A DNA stretch of 64,000 nt from IMG/VR virus record IMGVR_UViG_3300035515_000158, one strand, 5' to 3'. This DNA is from a virus (Duplodnaviria; Heunggongvirae; Uroviricota; Caudoviricetes). The notes below the pieces were generated by a model. That model had not been told where the DNA came from, searched no databases, and saw nothing but the letters and a program-made list of their open reading frames with translations. Numbering within the stretch: position 1 is the first letter of the stretch; each line of letters begins with the position of its first letter. Made by a program: the position numbers and the translations under genes. Positions 32,332-40,551 of the stretch are shown here, piece after piece.

Positions 32332-32942
32332 TGTTCTTTATTTTGTTTTCTTCTATTTAAACTTCTCCGACCATAATATTTCCCTGAGAAAGATGCTAAA
32401 AGAGCCATTAGGTCTCTTGTTAATTCCTCAGCATCTGATACATCTTCTTTATCATCTATTGTGATAATTTCACATCCGAATATTTCATACATTTTTTTGA
32501 TAAAGTTGAATTGAAATCTTGTTAGTCTGTCTTTGTGTTCAACAATAACTCTATTTACTTTACATTTTGTAACAAGTTCAGTTAATTGAACAAAGCCTTT
32601 TCTATTGTCATTCAAACCACTACCAACATCTTTTATGATATGTTCAACATATAGATTATTCTTTGCACAATATTCAGATAAACGTTGAGATTGTCTATCT
32701 AAGTCACCACTAACTTTTTGTTTCTGTGAAGAAACTCTTGCATATGTTACACAAACAATATCAATATTTTGATTTTCATCAGTTTCACCGATGATAGCCT
32801 TTATATCAGATTCTCTATATCTTCTATGTCCGCCACTTGTAAGTACAGGTTTTAATTTTCCTTGTTTATCCCATATTCTTAATGTTTTTGGTGTCACATC
32901 AAGTATTTCTGCTGTTTTAGATATGTTATATAATTTATCCAT
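32325..32942 (-). CDS. tnpA: IS607 transposase (MerR HTH + serine recombinase)
   Basis: TLRIWD...GGHRRY; YARVSS; DVGSGLN; EHKDRLTRF; SFSGKYYG. Confidence 0.95.
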   Translation of the reverse strand: MDKLYNISKTAEILDVTPKTLRIWDKQGKLKPVLTSGGHRRYRESDIKAIIGETDENQNIDIVCVTYARVSSQKQKVSGDLDRQSQRLSEYCAKNNLYVEHIIKDVGSGLNDNRKGFVQLTELVTKCKVNRVIVEHKDRLTRFQFNFIKKMYEIFGCEIITIDDKEDVSDAEELTRDLMALLASFSGKYYGRRSLNRRKQNKEQC

Positions 32943-33096
32943 TTAAAAAGTTAGACAATATATTTTCACTCTTATCTATCAGTTGTTGAAATTCTTCAAC
33001 AGTCATAGATTTGTCAACATCGAATAAGAATGGATAAATTTCTCCATCGTCAGTCTCGAATGTTTTATTTTCAAAATCAATTTTAACTATCTTCAT
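32935..33096 (-). CDS. 53-aa ORF inside IS607, coupled to tnpA (not in ORF track)
   Basis: MKIVKIDFENKTFETDDGEIYPFLFDVDKSMTVEEFQQLIDKSENILSNFLNG*; stop overlaps tnpA start region. Confidence 0.6.
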   Translation of the reverse strand: MKIVKIDFENKTFETDDGEIYPFLFDVDKSMTVEEFQQLIDKSENILSNFLNG

Positions 33097-33171
33097 ATTA
33101 ATAAATAGTTCTTATATGTTATTTATGTAAATTATTTTTATAAAAAAGTTCAAAAATGTTTAAAATATTGT

Positions 33172-34164
33172 TCAACTATTTTCTACACCAGCACATTCAG
33201 GACAACCACTACCTATCAAATGTTCATCCGGTTGTTGATAGAATTCTCCATGTTCAGGACAAATAATACATACTTTAGTTTTATTATTTACATATTTAAC
33301 CTTAGAATAGTCATATTTATCTCCATGAACTTCTTTCGATTTTTCTATGAACTGTTCAGTTGTATATCTTTGTTTATCATTAATACATTCAAGACAACCT
33401 TTACCTTTTAAATGGTGATCAGGTCTTTGATAGAACTCTCCATGCACAGGACAAATAATACATATCTTAGTCCTATAATTCACATAGTCAACCTTAGAAT
33501 AGTCATATTTATCCCCATGAACTTCTTTCGCCTTCTTTATATATTGTTCAGTTGTTAATTTTTTATTTCCACTACATACAGGACAACCTCGACCTTTTAG
33601 ATGATTATTTGGTAATTGATAAAACTCTCCATGTTCAGGACAAATAATACAAACCTTATTCTTTTTATTTATATAGTCAACCTTAGAGTAATCATATTTA
33701 TCTCCATGAACTTCTTTCGCCTGTTCTACAAATTGTTCAGTCGTTGATTTTTTTGTTCCATTACAATAAGGACAACCTCGACCTTTTAGATGGTTGTTTG
33801 ATGTTTGATAAAATTCTCCATGAATAGGACATATGATACAAACCTTAATTCTTGCATTTACATAGTTGGTCTTAGAGTAGTCATATTTATCCCCATGAAC
33901 TTTCTGAGCTTCCTTTATAAACTCTTCAGTTGTTTTCTTTTTATTTCCACTACATACAGGACAACCTCGACCTTTTAGATGATTGTTTGGTAATTGATAA
34001 AATTCCCCATGTTCATGACAAATAATACAAACCTTATTCTTTTTATTTACATAGTCAACCTTGGAGTAGTCATATTTATCCCCATGAATTTCTCTGGCTT
34101 CCTTTATGAATTGTTCAGTCGTTTTCTTTCCATTAATCTTCGTCTTCATCTTCATCATCCTCAT
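33172..34164 (-). pseudogene. 5' part of IS607-interrupted Zn-repeat nuclease gene (5 repeats)
   Basis: Five HGDKYDYSKV...CPxHGEF...CPxC repeats ending CAGV, then IS-derived ENS*. Confidence 0.85.
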
Positions 34165-34792
34165 CTAAGTCACCTTTTTTATAAGCGTCATTTGATTTTT
34201 TAGTGAGTTTATTTTTACGGGTGTCTTTTCTGAAATCGGTTGACCTTCTCATCAATTCTTTTTCAGGGATTTTCTCACCGGGTTTATAGGTTTTATGTTT
34301 AATGTCTTCTTTATCTTTTTCAGTTTCTTCATCTTCAGAGGTGGTGTCTTCAATTTCCTCTTCTTTTTCTCTTTCGAGTTTTTCCTTGTGGAGTTTTTCT
34401 TTTTCTTTCTTTTCTTCCTCTTTCTTTCTTTTAAGTTCCTCATCTGAAATCTTATCTTCGTATTCAGAGATGGATTTAACATTTATGATTTTGATGAAAC
34501 TAAATGTGCGGAAGCTTCTCCAGTGTTTCTTGACCATATCATAATAGACGAATTGGTGTTCTGGTTTAGGGGCACCACCTTTGAGAGCAGGTAAATAATC
34601 TGAAACTAAAGTACCTATTGCATGACGAAGTGTGCCATCTTTTTTCATGAAATCGAAATAGACGACATTTTTTCGTAGAATTTTTTTCATCAGGAGTCTG
34701 TTTTTAGAGTTTAATGCACCATGAATTGTTTTTTTAATACTCTTAACAGACATTTTTTCATTTAGGCAATATGTTTCAAAATCAAGTATCAT
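34133..34792 (-). CDS. SH3-barrel (DUF2693-like) protein with charged tail
   Basis: VYFDFMKKDGTLRHAIGTL...YYDMVKKHWRSFR; N-terminal ILDFETYCLNE. Confidence 0.7.
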   Translation of the reverse strand: MILDFETYCLNEKMSVKSIKKTIHGALNSKNRLLMKKILRKNVVYFDFMKKDGTLRHAIGTLVSDYLPALKGGAPKPEHQFVYYDMVKKHWRSFRTFSFIKIINVKSISEYEDKISDEELKRKKEEEKKEKEKLHKEKLEREKEEEIEDTTSEDEETEKDKEDIKHKTYKPGEKIPEKELMRRSTDFRKDTRKNKLTKKSNDAYKKGDLDEDDEDEDED

Positions 34793-35367
34793 CGGTCTTT
34801 AACTAATCTTATATACACATTTCTTGTTGGGTTTAGTTCCCCTTTATGGATTTCACAGAACTTTCCATCATGCCAATCTGGATCCATAAGTGTCAAAACG
34901 CATATTATATTATTATTTTCGAGAGCATACATTTTTCCACCTTGAACATATTTCTCATCATATACATCAAAATTCAAGAATGTATCTGAGTTATCATGAA
35001 ATATCAGTTTCTTATTATATTTTTTTTCACTGTTATGTTGACTATAAACTTTAATTTTGTCTTTTTTGACAGCGGTTTGGATTTGTGTTATTTCATCAAC
35101 AGTAGGTAATCTCCAACCATGTCTTTTGAAATATTGATTAAGACCACCATAATTAATATCTGATTCTCTGAATAGGGTTTTTAATTCTTCATCATAGAAA
35201 TCAACATCAGCAATTAAGAAAGATAAACCCAAATCAATGGGGTTCAGTTCATCTATGTTCGTATTTCTTTTATCTTCAATACGTTCACTATCGGATTTGG
35301 AACGGTCAATTACACCTTTCCAAAGTGATTCAACTATTTTACTTACTCTTTCCATCATCCAATCCAA
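34789..35367 (-). CDS. DUF1566/Lcl-like domain protein
   Basis: PIDLGLSFLIA and GWRLPTVDEI motifs; ESLWKGVIDRSKS leader. Confidence 0.55.
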   Translation of the reverse strand: MDWMMERVSKIVESLWKGVIDRSKSDSERIEDKRNTNIDELNPIDLGLSFLIADVDFYDEELKTLFRESDINYGGLNQYFKRHGWRLPTVDEITQIQTAVKKDKIKVYSQHNSEKKYNKKLIFHDNSDTFLNFDVYDEKYVQGGKMYALENNNIICVLTLMDPDWHDGKFCEIHKGELNPTRNVYIRLVKDR

Positions 35368-36668
35368 AAAATAAACAATGTATATTCACCGTCATTGTAT
35401 TCTTCATAACCTTGTGCTCCAATTACACTTTCCGCACCATCACTTTGAATAATAAGTTCGGCAAGTTTATCTTTATCAATATAACCATCCAAACCATCAG
35501 TTCCAAAATTATTGACATACCAATCGACGGGTTCTTCATCATCACACATCATGTCAACATATTGTGATTTCATATCCTCAACATCGAATTTAGGACTTTC
35601 ATAATCTAAGTCACCATCCTCATCAGTGTCAAAATATTCATCAGAGTCTTCAATTAGTTCTCTTTCTTCCAATTCATCATACAAACGAGAACCACCTAAA
35701 TCACCACGTTCATTTTCAATATCGTTAACATAATTTTCATTTGATTCACGTTGCATTTCGGATATACCATCAGAATCGATAAAGTCATAACCAAAGTATT
35801 TTACATATCTATCAAATGATTCCTTATCAATATCATCAAGTAATCCTAAAGTATAATCTTCAATATACTTATCTTTATTGTCCTCATCATCGAACACGTA
35901 GTAACTTTCATTATCAACTTCACATTGTTGCATACCACGATAAGCATCTCTAATTATAATCTCAGGGTGGTCATCAAGTTTAATATTACTAAAACTGTTA
36001 ACCAATCCTCTCAATACAACAAAGTCATCTTTAGATAAATCATAATCAGAAGTAGCTAATTGAACTAAACCCCAACGTTCACCTTCAATAATATTACATG
36101 GTTGGTCATCTTCTTCATCAGTTATAAGGTCATAGATGAAATATGTAAGGTCTCCACTGTCCTCATAACAGAAAACAAATCTATCATCACCTTCAAGTTC
36201 GATGGTTGTAAAGTAATCATTTCCAATTTGTTTAGGTAGTCCACAACCTTTATCATCCATAATTACATATCCACCATTAGGAAGATTTACTTTCAATCCT
36301 TGCTCTTTTCTAATATCTCCGGATTTAGAACGGTCAATCACACCTTTCCAGAGTGATTCATCAACATAATCATCAAAAGATTTAACCATATGATTACCTT
36401 TCAAAAATTCCTTATAATTTGAATACTTATGCTTAGAACCAAACATTCTTTTCACCCTTTCTGAAATAATGTGGGCGTTTCTACTGTCATATATGTTTAC
36501 ATCTTCACCAACAATAAATTTGATGTTTTCATTACGTTCAACTACATATTTAATATCGTTAAGGTGGTCATCAACCCTCAAACCACCTGACATTGAACGG
36601 GAAAAATAAATCGCATCATCTTTCTTTGGAACCATACGACCTGTTCTATTATCTAACTTAAATTTCAT
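35355..36668 (-). CDS. Acidic hypothetical protein
   Basis: 437 aa; internal SFDDYVDESLWKGVIDRSKS. Confidence 0.7.
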   Translation of the reverse strand: MKFKLDNRTGRMVPKKDDAIYFSRSMSGGLRVDDHLNDIKYVVERNENIKFIVGEDVNIYDSRNAHIISERVKRMFGSKHKYSNYKEFLKGNHMVKSFDDYVDESLWKGVIDRSKSGDIRKEQGLKVNLPNGGYVIMDDKGCGLPKQIGNDYFTTIELEGDDRFVFCYEDSGDLTYFIYDLITDEEDDQPCNIIEGERWGLVQLATSDYDLSKDDFVVLRGLVNSFSNIKLDDHPEIIIRDAYRGMQQCEVDNESYYVFDDEDNKDKYIEDYTLGLLDDIDKESFDRYVKYFGYDFIDSDGISEMQRESNENYVNDIENERGDLGGSRLYDELEERELIEDSDEYFDTDEDGDLDYESPKFDVEDMKSQYVDMMCDDEEPVDWYVNNFGTDGLDGYIDKDKLAELIIQSDGAESVIGAQGYEEYNDGEYTLFIFWIG

Positions 36669-37165
36669 TTTAAGAATGCATTTTTTTGTATTTCTTTAAC
36701 CAATCCTAAGAGAATCTTTTTTATCTTATTAAATTCACGTTTTCCACTGATATATGGATCTCGATAATCTTCATAGTCTAATTCATCTTGCCATTTATCA
36801 AAAATATCAAAGAACTGAGTCCACATCTCATCAATATCACCTTCAGTTAGACAACCATCTGTAAATCCACAATCACAAGTCATTTCCCCAAATTCCGAAC
36901 CGATTTCTGAAAAATTAAAATTAATATTAACATTCAATCTTCCATAATCATCTTCATTAGGATCATCATATGTACAAAGGTCATCTGAAAAATCAATCTT
37001 CATTTGCTTGGCCATGTATTCACCACAAAAATCACAAAGTGTTTTCATCGACCTATCAAAATCATCTATATCTTCAAGTCGAGTGTCATCAGTTTTGGAA
37101 CGGTTAATCACACCTTTCCAAAGCTCCTCATTTACATATTCATCAAAATTTAGAATGTTTCCCAT
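36665..37165 (-). CDS. Acidic hypothetical protein
   Basis: ILNFDEYVNEELWKGVINRSKT leader; CATAAATA at 37190-37197. Confidence 0.7.
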   Translation of the reverse strand: MGNILNFDEYVNEELWKGVINRSKTDDTRLEDIDDFDRSMKTLCDFCGEYMAKQMKIDFSDDLCTYDDPNEDDYGRLNVNINFNFSEIGSEFGEMTCDCGFTDGCLTEGDIDEMWTQFFDIFDKWQDELDYEDYRDPYISGKREFNKIKKILLGLVKEIQKNAFLK

Positions 37166-37197
37166 TTACTTATCATAGTATATTTAAGTTATTTATG

Positions 37198-37227
37198 AAA
37201 AAAGGAGAGACCACCAAGCCTCTCCTT
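37198..37227 (-). terminator. Intrinsic terminator after nrdG
   Basis: AAGGAGAG/CTCTCCTT stem with T tract on minus strand. Confidence 0.8.
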
Positions 37228-37236
37228 ATTATAAAA

Positions 37237-37770
37237 TTAACTGATAACTTCTCTTGTTTTTAAGTCTATTATCCTTTGGTTTTTACTCCCCCTGAATTTC
37301 AACCCAACATTCCTTTCTTCTTGTCTAAATTCACCATCGACCAGAACATCACACAAACTTAATAATTTTTTAACCTTTTCACCATATTCATCTACTCTGT
37401 CATCCAACCATTCAAGTGTGTGTCCAGACCATATCCATATATTCTTATCCGGAAACATCTCTCTCCACCTTTCACACAATATTATAACATCATCAATATT
37501 TCTTATTGAAAAGGGTTCACCTCCTAAAATCGACAATCCAGAATATATATTAGGAAATTTATCCACTTCTTCCTTGATAAATGTTACATCATCTTCAGAA
37601 AATTCATGATATTCTTCATTATCAAAATCCCAGTATTGTATATTATGACACCCGGTACATCGAATATCACAACCCAAAAACCAAACAATTACCCTAACAC
37701 CCGTTCCGTTAGCACTACAATTTACCCGATTTCCCTTATTTAAAGTATCAATTCTTATTATTCTTGACAT
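37237..37770 (-). CDS. nrdG: Anaerobic RNR activating enzyme (radical SAM)
   Basis: NGTGVR, CDIRCTGCHN, LGGEP, DVLVDG, FRGSKNQR. Confidence 0.95.
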   Translation of the reverse strand: MSRIIRIDTLNKGNRVNCSANGTGVRVIVWFLGCDIRCTGCHNIQYWDFDNEEYHEFSEDDVTFIKEEVDKFPNIYSGLSILGGEPFSIRNIDDVIILCERWREMFPDKNIWIWSGHTLEWLDDRVDEYGEKVKKLLSLCDVLVDGEFRQEERNVGLKFRGSKNQRIIDLKTREVIS

Positions 37771-39062
37771 TTTTGTTTTCTATTTCTTATAAAAGTAAAT
37801 AAATCTTCTGTATTATAAAAACACATTTTGTCTTTATAAAAATCTAAATCATTAGTATCATCAGTATAATAATAAACAATATCTATACCATGTTCGTGAC
37901 ATTGTTTATATTTTAATTTATCTAACTTTAATCCCTTATCAAATCTTTCATCACCTCCAAAATGATTAACTGGAGTAAAATGTTGTAATCCCTGACATTC
38001 AATACCAAGTTTCAAATCATCATCATAAAAATCTAAACGTAGTGATCCCTTATCTTTTAACCAATCAAATGTCTTTTGTTGTTCAAACTCAGGAAAATAA
38101 TTAGATATTTCTGACTCTAATTTTGATGAATTACATTTTGGACAACCTTGACGCTGTAAATGTCTCTCTGGTTTTTGATAGAATTCTCCATGTTTGGGAC
38201 AAATGATACAGACCTTAGTTTTTCCATTCACGTATTCAACCTTAGAATAATCATATTTATCTCCATGTTTTTCTCTGGCTTCCGTTATGAATTGTTCAGT
38301 TGTTTTCTTTCTACTTCCACAACAATCAAGACAACCTTTACCTTGTAAATGATTACTGGGTTTTTGCCAAAATTCTCCATGTTTAGGACAGATGATACAA
38401 ACCTTAGTTTCATTATTTACATATTCAACCTTAGAATAATCATATTTATCTCCATGAACTTCTTTGGCTTTCTTTATGAATTGTTCGGTTGTTTTTCTTT
38501 TACTCCCACCACAATCGGGACACCCATTACCTTTCAAATGACTATGAGGTGCTTGCCAAAATTCTCCATGTTTAGGACAGATGATACAAACCTTAGTTTC
38601 ACTATTTACATATTCAACCTTAGAATAATCATATTTATCTCCATGTTTTTCTCTGGCTTTCTTTATGAATTGTTCAGTTGTTTTTGTTCCACAACATTCA
38701 GGACAACCACAACCTGTCAAATGACTATCGGGTCTTTGCCAAAATTCTCCATGAATAGGACAGATAATACAAACCTTAGTCTTTGAATCTATATATTCAA
38801 CCTTAGAGTAATCATACTTATCTCCATGTTTTTTTATGGCTTTCTCTATAAATTGTTCAGTTGTTTTTGTTCCACAACATTCAGGACAACCTTGACCATG
38901 TAAATGATTATTAGGTTCTTGCCAAAATTCTCCATGTTTAGGACAGATGATACAAACCTTAGTTCTCGTACCTATATAGTTGACCTTAGAGTAATCATAC
39001 TTATCTCCATGAACTTCTTTGGCTTTCTTTATGAATTGTTCAGTTGTTAATTTTTTGGGCAT
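37758..39062 (-). CDS. Zn-repeat (DUF723-like, 5 units) + Vsr/PD-(D/E)XK-like endonuclease
   Basis: 5 repeats; C-terminal LRLDFYDDDLKLGIECQGLQH...DKLK. Confidence 0.85.
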   Translation of the reverse strand: MPKKLTTEQFIKKAKEVHGDKYDYSKVNYIGTRTKVCIICPKHGEFWQEPNNHLHGQGCPECCGTKTTEQFIEKAIKKHGDKYDYSKVEYIDSKTKVCIICPIHGEFWQRPDSHLTGCGCPECCGTKTTEQFIKKAREKHGDKYDYSKVEYVNSETKVCIICPKHGEFWQAPHSHLKGNGCPDCGGSKRKTTEQFIKKAKEVHGDKYDYSKVEYVNNETKVCIICPKHGEFWQKPSNHLQGKGCLDCCGSRKKTTEQFITEAREKHGDKYDYSKVEYVNGKTKVCIICPKHGEFYQKPERHLQRQGCPKCNSSKLESEISNYFPEFEQQKTFDWLKDKGSLRLDFYDDDLKLGIECQGLQHFTPVNHFGGDERFDKGLKLDKLKYKQCHEHGIDIVYYYTDDTNDLDFYKDKMCFYNTEDLFTFIRNRKQKCQE

Positions 39063-40551
39063 TTTTTCTATTTCTTATAAAAGTAAATAAATCTTCTGTA
39101 TTATAAAAACACATTTTGTCTTTATAAAAATCTAAATCATTAGTATCATCAAAACAATAGTAGACAACATCTATTCCATGTTCTTGACATTGTTCATATT
39201 TTAATTTATCTCTTTTTACTATTTTATTAAATCCTCTTTTACCTCCAAAATAATTAACTTGAGTAAAATGTTGTATCCCCTGACATTCAATACCAAGTTT
39301 TAAGTCATCATCATAAAAATCTAAACGTAGTGATCCTTTATCTTTTAACCAATCAAACTTTTTCTCTCGTTCAAACTCAGGAAAACAATTAGATATTTCT
39401 GTCTCTAATTTTGATGAATTACATTTTGGACAACCTTGACCTAACAAATGTTTAAAAGGTGTTTGGTAAAATTCACCATGTTCAGGACATTTTATACATA
39501 CCTTAGTTTTCCCATTTACATAGTTAACATTGGAATAATCATACTTATATCCATGTTTTTCTATGGCACCCTTTATGAATTGTTCAGTTGTTTTCCTTTG
39601 TTTTTCAATACCACATTTAGGACAACCACAACCTAACAAATGAATATTAGGTTCTTGCCAAAATTTTCCATGTTCAGGACAAATAATACAAACCTTAGTA
39701 TTTGCATCTATATATTCAACCTTAGAATAATCATACTTATTTCCATGAATTCCCCTGACTTCCACTATGAAATCTTCGGTTGTTTTAAATTTTCCACAAC
39801 ATTTAGGACAACCACAACCTGACAAATGACTATTAGGGTCTTGCCAAAATTCTCCATGTTCGGGACAAATAATACAGACCTTAGTTTTATTATTTACATA
39901 GTCAACCTTAGAGTAGTCATACTTATTTCCATGTTTTTCTATGGCTTCCTTTATGAATTGTTCAGTTGTTTTCTTGTTTTCACCACATTCTGGACAACCA
40001 TGACCTAACAAATGTTTAATAGGTGCTTGGTAAAATTCACCATGCTCAGGACAAATAATACAAACCTTAGTATTTGCATCTATATATTCAACCTTAGAAT
40101 AATCATACTTATATCCATGTTTTTCTATGGCTTCCTTTATGAATTGTTCAGTTGTTTTCTTTTTTTTTTCAATACAACATTTAGGACAACCACAACCTTC
40201 TAAATGGTGACTAGGTGCTTGGTAAAATTCACCATGTACAGGACAAATAATACAAATTTTAGTTTTTGCATTTACATAGTCAACCTTAGAGTAGTCATAC
40301 TTCATCCCATGAACTTTCTGAGCTTTCTCTATAAATTGCTCAGTTGTTAAAAGTTTATTTCCACCACATTCTGGACAACCATGACCTAACAAATGTTTAT
40401 TAGGTATTTGCCAAAATTCACCATGTACAGGACAAATAATACAAATTTTAGTTTTTGCATTTACATAGTCAACCTTAGAGTAGTCATACTTCATCCCATG
40501 AACTTTCTGAGCTTCCGTTATAAATTCTTCTTTAGTTTTCTTTCTTGACAT
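39040..40551 (-). CDS. Zn-repeat (6 units) + Vsr/PD-(D/E)XK-like endonuclease
   Basis: 6 repeats; same C-terminal domain. Confidence 0.85.
   Translation of the reverse strand: MSRKKTKEEFITEAQKVHGMKYDYSKVDYVNAKTKICIICPVHGEFWQIPNKHLLGHGCPECGGNKLLTTEQFIEKAQKVHGMKYDYSKVDYVNAKTKICIICPVHGEFYQAPSHHLEGCGCPKCCIEKKKKTTEQFIKEAIEKHGYKYDYSKVEYIDANTKVCIICPEHGEFYQAPIKHLLGHGCPECGENKKTTEQFIKEAIEKHGNKYDYSKVDYVNNKTKVCIICPEHGEFWQDPNSHLSGCGCPKCCGKFKTTEDFIVEVRGIHGNKYDYSKVEYIDANTKVCIICPEHGKFWQEPNIHLLGCGCPKCGIEKQRKTTEQFIKGAIEKHGYKYDYSNVNYVNGKTKVCIKCPEHGEFYQTPFKHLLGQGCPKCNSSKLETEISNCFPEFEREKKFDWLKDKGSLRLDFYDDDLKLGIECQGIQHFTQVNYFGGKRGFNKIVKRDKLKYEQCQEHGIDVVYYCFDDTNDLDFYKDKMCFYNTEDLFTFIRNRKNAQKINN

Larger units (their letters stand above)
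31068..33183 (-). mobile_element. IS607-family insertion sequence (small ORF + tnpA + tnpB)
   Basis: Serine-recombinase tnpA overlapping tnpB; TGTA at both junctions (31064-31067, 33184-33187); removal restores the host reading frame. Confidence 0.9.

Noticed and set aside
31068-33183. IStron (group I intron-IS607 hybrid) that would splice out of the nuclease mRNA
   Set aside because: Only ~87 nt of non-coding left end, no recognisable P/Q/R/S core, and no split within TGTA gives both a 5' exon U and a terminal G.
38160-40203. Series of + strand 60-145 aa ORFs
   Set aside because: Antisense shadows of the repeat genes; the same applies to shadow ORFs in the tape measure, dnaK, VWA and fibre genes.
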